This document shows, piece after piece, positions 26,471-38,450 of a stretch of DNA of 64,000 bases. Each line of letters begins with the position of its first letter. Position 1 is the stretch's first letter. Source of the DNA: Ginglymostoma cirratum (Eukaryota); the NCBI GenBank assembly GCA_024137785.1, contig JAHRHZ010000066.1, positions 4,962,601 through 5,026,600 on the forward strand, given 5' to 3'. Below the pieces are notes generated by a model, which saw only the letters and a list, made by a program, of their open reading frames with translations, was not told the DNA's origin and searched no databases. The translations under genes were made by a program, and so were the position numbers.

Positions 26471-27899
26471 CTGCCTAGGTAAAGTATGGGAAATAAAATC
26501 TGGCAGAGAGGATCACAGTCCCTTACAGAAATATGAACCAAAAATGTAAACAAATAGCCCACTACTAACCCCTCACAACCAGCCCACACCTCCCCATCCC
26601 CTGTCAGCATCAACCACTTCCAGGATCAAGCACACCACAATTAGATGTATCAGATGATGTAAAACCCTTAAGACTCCAATGAAGTGAAGATGTGTGATTC
26701 AAAATTGAAAGATCTCTGAGGAAGCACAACGTTTTTCTTTATCCAAGGGTTAACATTAAACTTTGCCTTATATCACACTAGATACTAACATTACCCTACA
26801 TGGATTTTAACTCACACTACCAAAGAGATTTAACTCAGAACTCAGATCTGAATCTAGAAATTGCAGTTCACAGCAGTCTACTAACAATCCAGGACCTGAA
26901 CCTACTCGGTTCACTCACCATTTCTTGAGCCTGTTTATTGGGAGCCTTTACTCCTGATCAAACAGACTGTCATTTTATTCCCTCAGTCTGGAAAGTTTCT
27001 ATATTCTTCCATTGCCAATTTATTTTTGTCATTCTAGAATTCCTGCCTTCAACATAAAATTTGCTTAGGAATCCATTCCCACGTATGGATCACCTTAGTA
27101 TGAAGAAAAGCAAAGGAGGGGAAGATGAGATAGTTGAAATGGATAACCCAATCCATCTTGATGTTTATCATGTGACATTATGAAAATAAATCTAAGAAAG
27201 AACATTTCTTCCTGTTGCAACTGATGCCTGTCAGTATATTCTGCTGGGAAAATGTGTTTGCAGTATATGGCCTAGAGGAGTGCTGAGTGACTTTAAACTG
27301 GATTTCCTTTCTTATTGATAGTAGACAGAGATTGAAATCTCATTTTGACGTCCTTTCAGGAATTGTCAGCAATGGCTATTTTCAGACTTAACTCTCTGGC
27401 CAAACTGAACGTTTCTTTTGTTTTTCTGAACTGAGGAAAAGCCACATCTATGGATTCCAGCAATTGATATTCCCTAAAGAGCATCTAAAGTTAAAATTCT
27501 TCAATTTATGTTTTGGTCACACTTTCACAAAAATGCAACAAAAATATCTGATCTGGAGGGATGTAAAAAAGGGCATGCCCCTTTAGGTACAGTTCTTGCG
27601 CAGGTTTTAATCAAACAATTGATCTTCTGTGCTTCTAAAGCTTATTTTACTTTTTTTTAACATTACTTAAAGCTCTTTCCTCCACTTTCTGAATACTGGA
27701 ACCATGTTGCATGCAGTTCCACTCATAATTCATATATAAATATGCACAGCAAGGATGATAGTGATGTGTCATCTGTGTGTCATTGTTCAGATGCTCCATG
27801 TTTCTATAAATGGGCTGACTGCGCCCAGTTATACAGGTTGCTTTGTAGGAGAGGCACAGAAAATTTTGTAATATTTAATTCAAAACATTTTATGTATTT

Positions 27900-28400
27900 T
27901 CACAAATTTTATGAATCATGTATACATCTGGGGGAAAAAAGTCAGATAGGCACATGTGATGCAGTCCATCTCTTTATGAAACGTGACTTTGCAAAGAAAA
28001 TCTCAACATAGATGTACTGTTTTTTCCCAAGTTTCATCCCAAGCAGCCCTGTGACACAGGCCTCTGTGTTCTACGGGCTGTCTCCTGGTGGGGGCGGGGA
28101 CACACACCAAAAAATACATCAACTGCACCTGGAGGACCATCAAGTTGATGGACAATGCTCTCTGGTTTACCGAAAACCTGCCAGTCTTCCAATTCAAGAG
28201 TTGTCCTTGATCAAGTGTTGCAGAACTGGCACATTCCAAGATCCAGGGTAATGTGCTGAGGGACATGCTAAAGCTTGGAGCAGCCATTAAGATGCAATGG
28301 GGAAAGTAATATTCGTTAGTCCAATGAGGGAATGGAAACTGCGGAATACCTTGGGATGTGTACTTTACGAAGAATGTACGCTATGAATAAAGGATATTGG
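27900..28400 (+). mobile_element. Tx1/L1-like LINE 3' fragment
   Basis: FIPSSPVTQASVFYGL...INCTWRTI...HSKIQGNVLRDMLKLGAA...QWGK followed by a 3' UTR ending in aataaa; same family as 14505-15095 and 55215-55767. Confidence 0.65.
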
Positions 28401-28829
28401 AAACGCGTTGAAACACCTCAAATTGGAACATAGTGTATAGAGAAATATGTTACATCTGTTGCACATTCTGTAATTTTCAATTTGAAATGTCTTATTCTTA
28501 GTCTCTGTACGTGCCACGGAATGTACTTTGTTAGCCTTAAGACTGATCTAACTGAACTGGAAGAAGTAAGTTTTCTTTCTCTGTCCCACCACTCTATTAG
28601 TCACAACACAAATTTAATTGTGTAGAGACCATTGCTATTTATCTTTAATTTTTCCCATTATTTTGGTTTGGAACTATGAATTGAAGTTAAGAATCAAACT
28701 TCAAACTGCTGTTTTTTTTAAATGAGAAGGGAAGAAAGACAGATGTTGGGTATTATATTGGGAACTGGCCTGGGAAACAAGGACAACTGTAGATGAATTG
28801 GCACTGAGTTGTTGCCACGCTCAGAGCTG

Positions 28830-29050
28830 GCACTCCACAAGGCAATGTGATTCAATGTACTTCACCTTCCATCCTATCACAGACTTTCCCATTCATTCTA
28901 CTTAACCCCCCCACACCAATAGACCCTCCCTCCCCATGACCTGCCCCCACCCCCTCACCGTTTCACTGGCTCTAAAACTATTACATTAACTACCCTCAGT
29001 TCAGATGAAAGGTTTGCAGCCTGAAATGTTAGCCTTGGATTTTTCCAGTC
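28830..29050 (+). mobile_element. Old PLE pseudo-LTR remnant with decayed hammerhead-like motif
   Basis: C-rich spacer followed by ttcagatgaaaggtttgcagcctgaaatgttagcc (29000-29034). Confidence 0.4.
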
Positions 29051-29417
29051 TCAGAAACATATACCATATGGAAAATGAAACCGCGCATTTCACTATTTCG
29101 CGCTGGTAACACGTACTTACATTATTCTTTTTTTGTTTCTGCAGGAATCCCCTGAGATGATGTACCTACCACCAGATAAGTAAGCTAACCAGGATGTAGG
29201 ATTCAGTTCCGTTACATTCACCTTGAGGGAAGCAGATATGGAGAATTTGAGGGGGCCACTTGAATGAGGCACGCAGTGAAATTTCTCAAGGACCATGGCA
29301 GCTGCAGGACATTAGAAATAACTGAATAGAAAGATAGACCAAGCCATCTCAAGCCTCACAGTTTCTAACATGAAGGAAACTGCCTGTAGTGGGGAGCGCA
29401 TCAATAGTATAATAAAA

Positions 29418-29575
29418 ATAAAGATCTGCGGGTGCTGAAGATCTGAAGCAAACAAAAACGGAAATTGCTGATGAAACTCAGCGGGTCTGGAAGTATCTGT
29501 GGAGAGAAAGCAGCTTTAACGTTTCAAGTTTTCTCTCCACAGATGCAGCTGAACCAATTGAGATCCTGCAGCTCA
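29418..29575. mobile_element. PLE-derived fold-back mini element
   Basis: atctgtggagagaaa (29495-29509) is inverted with tttctctccacagat (29530-29544); both arms match the PLE tail family. Confidence 0.65.
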
Positions 29576-30584
29576 TCAATAGTGCCTTCCTACACAGAGG
29601 GGAGCTGTGGGTGGGTGTAATTTGGAGATATCCTGTTCTGAAATCTGACTGTTTAGCTAAAAGAGTTAAGCTGGAAGAAGGCCAATGGACAACTCTACAA
29701 ATATCTGCAGAACTGACTAAATGCATGGATACATTTTCCCTCAGAAGCGTTGTGACTAAAACTGTCAAAACCAAAGGTTTCAATTTACACAATGCTCTCC
29801 CTCCTAGCTTGTGAGGAGGAGGGATGAATTGGGAGAATCTTGGTGGCAAATTCCACATCCAAAGGATTTGTTCTGACCGAGAGCATTGAAGCGTGGCAGA
29901 CTGATTTACAGATGACGTAATTAACCGGCCCGACTAGTCCATGTAAATCCAAATTAGATCCCAGCACCTACCCCGCCTCATAAGTGGATGGTAATCAACA
30001 GAGGGTAGCACAGGGTCCAGTCGCGAGGATCCCATTGAGAAATCAAAAGTTGCTACTGTGCCTGCTCCCGCCCACTGAGGCATCAAGAAATCTCAATATG
30101 CCTACCTGTCAGCTATTCCTTTCATTGCCTCCTTCAAATCATGGACAACTGGAATCCTGAGTCATTGTGGCTCTTTCAAGGTATTGTGCACTTACTTTAT
30201 CCTGTTCCTGTCACCCAAGACCATCAGCTTATTAAAGGATATTAATCAGCATATATTAATATTTATACATCCCCCGGTGCTCAGATGACCAGGCCGTTAA
30301 TAAGGGTCTGCACTTCAAGAAGATCCACAGAGGTGAAGATTCTGCACCTTACTGTATTGATGCCTCCTTCCCACAAGAAAAGTGATTAATCTGTTTCCCC
30401 CAGTAGGGAAGCTGCTCTCATGTTGTTTCTGTTGTGAAAAGATTGATGTGACAAATGTCATAAATGACATGAAGGGTGTCTAACACAAGTCCAACAACTA
30501 ACGGCGGCAGGCTTGGGAAGCCTCAAGGAAGTATCAACCTGGCATTCAATGGTTTGGAATTTTCAGTTATACATTTTTAAACAT

Positions 30585-31665
30585 TATTTTGCAGGATGTG
30601 GGCATTGTTAGCTAAGTCAACATTTGTTTTCTCTGCCAAATACACTCATGAAGGCGGTGGTAAGTTGTCACCTTGAACTGCTGCAGTCTATGCGGTACAC
30701 ATACAGAGCTGCAAGGGAGGGAGTTCCAGCTTTGGGACCTAAAGGCTATGAAGGAATGGTGAGATGCTATATGGCTTGGAAAGGAATTTGCAGGTTTGGT
30801 GTTCACAGGTATCTGCTGCCTTGTTCTTCTCCATGGTAGAGAGTGTAGAAATAGAAAGTGTGGTTGAATGAGCTTTGGTGAGTTACTACAGAGTACCATG
30901 TGGTTGGTACACACAGCTGTCACTGTGCACTGGCGTTGAAGGGAATGAATTCCTAAGCTGTCAGTCAAGCAGGCTGCTTTATCCCAGAAGGTGTCAATCT
31001 TCCTGAGTGATGATTTACAAAGTCAGGAGGTGAGTTACTCACCACAGAATTCTAAGTGTCTGATCTGCGCTTGTAACCACAATTTTATGAGGCTGCTCCG
31101 GTTACATTTTTGGTCCATGTCATGCCATGATGTTGGAAGTCGAATTCAATAGACGTTGTGCTGAAGAATGTTAAGCAGAGATGTTAGACTCCCTCTTGCT
31201 AAAGGTGGACATGGCCAGGTACTTTTGTGGCGCGAATGTTACTTGCTATCTGTCAAAACAAACCTGAACCTAATCTGGGTCTTGTTGCATTTGGGTACAG
31301 ACTACTTCTGCATCTGAGGCGTCACAAATGGTGCTGAACATTGTGCAGTCATCAGCAAAGATCCCCACTTCTGGCCTTTTGGCGGAGGGAAGGACGATAA
31401 TGATGCAACTGAAGATGATTGGGCCAAGAACATTATGCTGAGGAACTCTTGCAGTGCTATCATGGGACTGAAATGATTAACAATCAACAAGTACAACTAT
31501 CTACCTTTGTACGAGGTATTACTTCAACCTGAGAGGGTTTTCCCCGATCCTCATTAACTATTATTTTGCTAGTGCTCTTTGATGCCATGCTCAGTCTAAT
31601 GTTGCCTTGATGACAAGAGCAGTCACTCTCACCTCACCTCAGGAACTCAGCTCTTTTGTTCACAT
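30585..31665 (-). mobile_element. CR1-clade LINE 3' fragment (second family)
   Basis: Minus strand encodes EVGIFADDC (RT motif) near 31345-31372 and RSQSWNSLP near 30720; same tail recurs at 46020-46150 and 59088-59390. Confidence 0.7.
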
Positions 31666-31982
31666 TTGGGCAATTGATCAAATTAGCCACAGGAAGAGTT
31701 ACTTTTGTAGTTTCTATTTACATACGTTTTGTGACACCGTAGCATGGAATATTTAGTATTGTTAACTCTCCAGGATACTCCTCAATTCTCCAGAATTTAG
31801 ACGAAGGAAGTTTTTTTTTGGAAGGGTGAAAACAGACTCTAAATGGATACAGTGTTGCTAACACATTGCTGGCTCAAAGTCTGAGCTTAGCGCACAATTT
31901 TTGTTCTGATTATTGAGTGTCGTCATTTGAAATTGCCTTGTGGTGCCGAACCAGGAACTAGACACAATTTCTGTGAAAACAA

Positions 31983-32382
31983 NNNNNNNNNNNNNNNNNN
32001 NNNNNNNNNNNNNNNNNNNNNNNNNNNNNNNNNNNNNNNNNNNNNNNNNNNNNNNNNNNNNNNNNNNNNNNNNNNNNNNNNNNNNNNNNNNNNNNNNNNN
32101 NNNNNNNNNNNNNNNNNNNNNNNNNNNNNNNNNNNNNNNNNNNNNNNNNNNNNNNNNNNNNNNNNNNNNNNNNNNNNNNNNNNNNNNNNNNNNNNNNNNN
32201 NNNNNNNNNNNNNNNNNNNNNNNNNNNNNNNNNNNNNNNNNNNNNNNNNNNNNNNNNNNNNNNNNNNNNNNNNNNNNNNNNNNNNNNNNNNNNNNNNNNN
32301 NNNNNNNNNNNNNNNNNNNNNNNNNNNNNNNNNNNNNNNNNNNNNNNNNNNNNNNNNNNNNNNNNNNNNNNNNNNNNNNNNN
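31983..32382. other. Assembly gap (400 N)
   Basis: Run of N. Confidence 1.
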
Positions 32383-32960
32383 CTACATCGGGGAAACCAA
32401 GCGGAGGCTTGGGGACCGCTTTGCAGAACACCTGCGCTCAGTTCGCAACAAACAACTGCACCTCCCAGTCGCGAACCATTTCAACTCCCCCTCCCATTCC
32501 TCAGATGACATGTCCATCCTTGGCCTCCTGCAATGCCACAGTGATGCCACCCGAAGGCTGCAGGAACAGCAAATCATATTCAGCCTGGGAACCCTGCAGC
32601 CCAATGGCATCAATGTGGATTTCACAAGCTTCAAAATCTCCCCTCCCCCAACCGCATCCCTGGACTGACCTATCTCCTCCCTACCCCCCTACCTACACTC
32701 ACCTTTACTGGCTCCATCCCCGCCTCTTCGACTTGTCTGCCTCCTCTCCACCAATCCTCTCCTCTATCCATCCTCTATCCGCCTCCCCCTCTCTCCCTAT
32801 TTATTTCAGAACCCTCTTCCCCTCCCCCATTTCTGATGAAGGGTTTAGGCCCGAAACGTCGAGTTTTCCTGCTCCTATGATGCTGCTTGGCCTGCTGTGT
32901 TCATCCAGCCCCATGCTTGTTATCTTGGATTCTCCAGCATCTGCAGTACCTTTTATCTCT
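32383..32960 (+). mobile_element. Penelope-like element 3' end (GIY-YIG C-terminus + pseudo-LTR); 5' part hidden in the gap
   Basis: YIGETKRRLGDRFAEHLRSV...PVANHFNS...LGTLQPNGIN, near-identical to 40274-40550; 17-bp TSD ga(c/t)acaatttctgtgaa at 31961-31977 and 32961-32977. Confidence 0.92.
32829..32864 (+). ncRNA. Minimal type I hammerhead ribozyme motif in PLE pseudo-LTR
   Basis: attt-CTGATGA-a-GGG tttagg CCC-GAAA-CGTC-gagt: intact core, short helix II, palindromic ACGT helix III (dimeric type), GUC triplet ending at 32860. Confidence 0.7.
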
Positions 32961-33514
32961 GATACAATTTCTGTGAAGCAGTGTTTTTGAGTTCAACACT
33001 GCTTCCGCTGAAAGTATGCAGTGGTTGACATAGTAAGGGTTTTGAGATGGCCCAGGATCTGAGAGGTTACTCTAGTTCTGGGATATAGCTTGAGAGGTCT
33101 TTATGAAGTGGGGAATGATGCCTTACATCTGTAGTGGACAAAGAATCTGCCTCATTCTCCTGACTCTCCTGTTCCTGGCTCCCTTTCTTGCAGTATCTGT
33201 AGCTTTCTTCCTGACCTCATTCCTCCCCTCCAGTTCCTCCAGTAGGCTATGACCACCTTTCTCCTGATGTCTCCTATAAGGTGTACTATAAACTAGAACA
33301 GGACAGCACTCTCTCTCTCTTTGGATGATGCGATCAGAGAAGCTTATTTGGAGTGGGAGGTCATGTGGTGAATGTTTGAAGGGAGTAGGGGAGAAGTGGA
33401 ATCCAGCATTGTCACACATACAAATTTCCAGATGGGAATACAATACAACTGCCTACAAATGGGTAACTAGTGACACCAAGCAAAGGAAATAAATATGTTG
33501 GATACCAAATGTGC

Positions 33515-33715
33515 CTCATTGGTAGCACTTCCATTTCTGAGTTGTAGGGATCTGAATTCAAGATCTCCTCCAGGACTTGCTCTCAAAAATCAAAGTTGAC
33601 ACTCCAGTGCAGTGCTGAGAGGGTACTGTATTATCAGAGGTGGTATCTTTCAGATCAGACAGTACACCTCGGCCCCAGCTGCCTGCTCGGGTGAACATGA
33701 AGGAACCCATGGCTA
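33515..33715 (+). mobile_element. Deu-domain tRNA-derived SINE (SacSINE1-like) fragment
   Basis: gacactccagtgcagtgctgagagggtactgtattatcagaggtggtatctttcagat...cccatggc resembles the DeuSINE central domain, preceded by a decayed tRNA-like head. Confidence 0.55.
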
Positions 33716-34924
33716 ACATTCTCTCTAAGCTGCTCCAAGGTTCTGCGCACATGCCAACACTTTGATTTTTGGTTTCGGAAGTCAATACCATGCATGACAA
33801 TAAATACAAGACTTTTGCATTCTCTTCTGTTTGTACCTCACAATATCAATGACAACAGCTCTCCCTCAATTCAAAAATGACATCTACTCAAGGTCATGAA
33901 TCTATACATCCCTGGTCTGAAGGTGTTGGCAGATTTAACATTTAAATAAATGACTTCTCCATTAACATGGACTACAGTAAGCGAAGCAACCTGTTAAAAA
34001 TCAGGTTTCTTTTGTAAACTTGGTGCTGAGACTTTGCACCTCCAATCTGAGATGGTTTCTTGTAGTACTCTGAAGACAACACCAGCCTATCAGAAAGGTA
34101 ACTGGTGTCACTGGTGGGTATATGGAGCAAGTGAAGGTTTCTCCTACCGCAGATCTGTTCCCAAAAACCTTGCTATGGATTTTCTGGTTTGGATCTTTAT
34201 CTTAAATCATCCCCTTTTTTAATTAATTGATAAGATAACTTATGAATGACATTTAGTACAGTGTCAGCAAACACCTGGAAATTAGAAATTTAGTCAGTTC
34301 CAATTAACTTTGAAAAAAAACTCTAATTAAACTTTGGCTCCTTTGATTAAGTTACTAACTTGATGATTAATTGAGTTTCAGACAAAGTTCTCATGCTGGA
34401 GATTTTATCTCCAATTTAACGGAGCCCTGTTCCAAGCATACTTCTTTGTTAAATTAGTTATTCATTTATCAATATTTAGCTGTAACATGAGCTCTGCTTC
34501 TTTGTCCTGTGAGACCAACTTCTTGAAAAGGGTAAATATATTTGAGTTGATGACGCCACAGTCTCAACTAATTTTATCATTCTTCTGTGCCCCTGGCTGA
34601 AAATGCTACGTGTGGACATCCAATGTTATTCCTCATAGTTAATTATCCCTCCAATACTCACTGTCTAACACAGGGATAGTCATTTGGATTGAGTACCAAA
34701 GTACCCCTGAGAAGCATATCAGTACATTTTGCAGCTCCCATCTTCACATTGCTGCAGGGTCAGTGAATAATCATCAGCTCCAGAAACTTGGGTTCATTTC
34801 TCTGTTTCCCAGTTTGGTAATAGTGTAGCTACTATTCTTCCTAATGAAATCAGGAAATCAACCAGGAATTTGTGATCTTTGTGGCTTGTATTCTAATCTT
34901 GGCCTGTAAAGGACTATTTTTGAA

Positions 34925-35270
34925 GTGCTAATGTAGTGTTGCACTGTCAGTGATGCCTGCAGTAAATATATTGAACTGAGATCCCCACTGGTCTCTCAGA
35001 CAGGTAAAGTAAATCTGACGTCACTACATAAAAAAAAAAGCACAGAAGCTCTCTTCATTAATATTTATCACTCAGCAAGTACAAAGAAAAATGACTGAGT
35101 CACTTATTTTGTTCTCTGACCTGGGACCTTGCTGTGTACAAACTGACAGTTGCATTTCCTTCAGGTCAATGGCACTGACGTTTCAAACGTACTTTATTGG
35201 TTGGGAAGTGATTTAGCATATGCTGATGTTGTGAGAGACATTTTTATAAACATGAGTTCTTTATTTATTT
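34925..35270 (+). mobile_element. Old Deu-domain SINE remnant with L2-like tail
   Basis: gtgttgcactgtcagtgatgcc...gggaccttgctgtgtacaaactg...tactttattggttg...ttataaacatgagttcttt. Confidence 0.45.
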
Positions 35271-36749
35271 CGTTCAGGTTATCATGGTTATCAGTGGAAG
35301 AACGGGGATAAAAATTGTTTTTTTTCCCCAGAAGTATTATTCGGATATTTAATTACCACAATGTCTATAAAGGCACAGCCAATTAAAAGGGCACTTGATC
35401 AGTATAGAAGCAGATACAATATAAAATACGGTAGGACAGGCCCACAAAATGGATTGGCTTAGGGGAAAAGGCCAACTGCTTTCCTTCAACTAATAATTAA
35501 TATGATTTTATGAATATACCTTGTGTTGGCCATTTATTCATTAATGCATTTAGGAGTTTCTGAAGGTATTTTCCATTTTGCTTATTTATTATTATCCTTT
35601 GCTTGAATATTTGACACAATAGTAAATTTGGCTGGAAGCAGCACATTGAATTTTAAAAGTAGATCTGGCATAGAGTGCTTTTTCATCCACAGGAAATCAT
35701 CACCAGGTCACCAAGGTCCATATGTATTTATGATATTGTTATGCAAAGTGACCGAAGCAATTTTTCCCATGTACGCAGGAGACCTGGATATGTTCACATC
35801 TGACATTTACTCAGATTTAACCAGTACACAAAAATAACATGAAAGAACTTACAAAAGGAAGTATAACATTACCAAAATGATGAAAGCTTAGAAAGAATAT
35901 AAAATTGGAAGGAAAATATTTGCAATCCATAATTAAAATAAAATTAACAACTGTTCTATAGCACGGCCTAATCATCTTTCTTTGTTGCAGCCTAAACACT
36001 CCCTTAGGCAAAGTTGGAACGTTGATCAACATTGGACATCACTCACTTTGGACCTGAGACTCATAACAAATTTAATAACAATATATTGTGACTATAACTT
36101 ATCAATGCTTAAGGGAATTACAAAAGAGGTATTCAGGTATTCCTGAAAATAAGGGAATCAATACTTAATTAACTATGGCTTCTCTTGACAGTAATAGGAA
36201 AAGAGACTGCTACATTTATAAAATGCTATGCACGTCTTTGACATTTGTTCAAATATATCTAGGAAGCCAATACAGTGATCAGAATTGCCAGACATATGGA
36301 ACAAAATAAATTATACTTTGGGAAAATAGAAACTCGTAAATACTACAGAAGAAAAAGTGATGCATATGTAATTTTGTCACGGTTGCATTTCAGAGTAATT
36401 CATATGAAGCATTTTAGGACTATTGTCAGATGATAAAGCACTGTGTAAAAGCACATCCTCCTCTCTTTGATGGTTTTATCATACCTACCATATGATCATT
36501 GTTGTGCTCAGTGATTATATTGTCTCTTTAACACCATTAATCTTTCTGTATTAATAAGGAGACAATTCATTCAATTTCTCTAGTCCTTCAGACTGCACTT
36601 ATTGTATTTTATGTTTCAATCCCATTCCTTCAAGCAATTTTTTGACAGACTTTTCTAATTTATTTGGGACTTTATTATGAAATCTTTACCAACTCTTTTT
36701 TTTCCCTGACTTTGCGTCAGTGCACACACACTTCACCCAGTTTATTTGA

Positions 36750-37230
36750 AGATAAATTACTTTATGGACTCATTCCAGCTCGTTATTGATTTGTAGATTA
36801 AAAATCCTATCACAGTAAGCTCCTCCAGTCCAGTGACCCTCTGATTCCAAGATCCTCCAATTCTGGCCTTGAATATCCCGACTTCCTTCACCAATCCATT
36901 GGTAACCAAACCTTCAGCTAAAACCAGTTCTGAAGAAGGGTCACTGGACCCAAAATGCTAACTCTACTTTCTCTCCACAGATGCTATCAGACCTGCTGAG
37001 CTTCTCAAGCAATATCTGTTTTTGTTCTGCATCCTAAGGTGTGGAATTACCTCCTTAAATACCTACACTTCTTCCTCATCTTTAAAAATACTACCCAAAA
37101 TTAAGGTGTTTACTTCTCTTGATGTTGCTTTCTTTGGCTTGATATCATTGTGTTTGTTTGATTACACTCCGATAAAATTGTTTTGGAATGTCTTACCATG
37201 TTAAGGGCGTCATATAAATTCACCCCTGTT
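36750..37230 (+). mobile_element. L2 LINE 3' remnant interrupted by a PLE pLTR fragment (36921-37027)
   Basis: L2 tail similar to 47620-48015; inserted gttctgaagaagggtcactggacccaaaatgctaactc...ctgctgagcttctcaagcaatatctgtttttgttc. Confidence 0.55.
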
Positions 37231-38090
37231 TTTATATTTTACTGAGCATATAACCATATCTAACCATATTAAATATAGTCTATATGCATGTAATTTCAGT
37301 AATTATCACATAGATCCTATTAAAATTCTCTTTTATGTCTATTTCAATCACACAGTTTCCATACCACTGGTTGATCACACCTAAACTATTGATGCAGACA
37401 AAATTTATGTATTTTCATATTATCCATAATCAGTGTTTTGATGTATGAGGGTCATATATTTTCTTATCCTCAAAGGGCATTTTCCCAGTTTAAAAGAATC
37501 CAGCAGCAAGCTTTCACAAATTTAAATATATACAAAATTATTCATGTTCACACACTTGACCTGGAGCTTTAATGTACAATGTTTTGCATATCTTGTTACA
37601 CACACAAAGATTTAAATGAAAGGAGAAAGGCACAGTATGTTTACAAACTGGAATTATTTCAGACTTTCATAGCAGGCTTATATATTCTGAAATAAACCGG
37701 TGTTTCAGTGCAAGTACAGGTCATGTAGAAGTAAAGGATGCTTGTTAATCTTTGAAGCTTCTTATAGTTGAATTGACAAAACATTGGAGTCTTGGGTAGA
37801 CTTGAAGTTGCAAAAGGCTGGAGTGGGATAAGACTCCTTCTTCCAATTTCAAGGTAAAGTTGTTTGTCACTTTGGCTATGTTGTTGTCATATAGCTGGCC
37901 CAGTTACTTTCAGGTGGTATCACTTGATGATATCTGTCTCAGAACAGCTTCTGCTGTCATTTTCAAAAAAACAGGTACCCAATATGTTTCAAAGATAGTA
38001 GGAACTGAGGATGCTGGAGAATCTGAGATAACACGGTGTAGAGCTGGATGAACACAGCAGGCCAAGCAGCATCAGAGGAACAGGAAAGCT

Positions 38091-38118
38091 GATATTTCGG
38101 GCCGAAACCCTTCTTCAG
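38091..38118 (-). ncRNA. Hammerhead-like motif in the inverted pseudo-LTR
   Basis: Minus strand CTGAAGA-a-GGG tttcgg CCC-GAAA-TATC; core intact, helix III palindrome ATAT, AUC triplet. Confidence 0.55.
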
Positions 38119-38450
38119 AAATGGGGGAGGGGAAGGGGGTTCTGAAATAAATAGAGAGGAGGAGGCGGATAGAAGTTGGACAGAGGAGAAGATAGATGGA
38201 GAGGAGACAGACAGGTCAAAGAGGTGGGGATGGAGCCAGTAAAGCTGAGTGTAGGTGGGGAGTTAGGGAGGAGATAGGTCAGTCCAGGGAGGACAGACAG
38301 GTCAAGGGGGCGGGATGAGGTTAATAGGTAGGAGATGGAGGTGGGGCTTGAGGTGGGAGGAGGGGATAGGTGGGAGGAAGGACAGGTCAGGGATGTGGGG
38401 AGGAGGTGGGCTGGTTTTGGGATGCGGTGGGGGAAGGAAGATTTTGAAGC

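Noticed and set aside
31927-32668. Long ORFs crossing 31983-32382
   Set aside because: Artefacts of the N gap; only the GIY-YIG part after the gap is real
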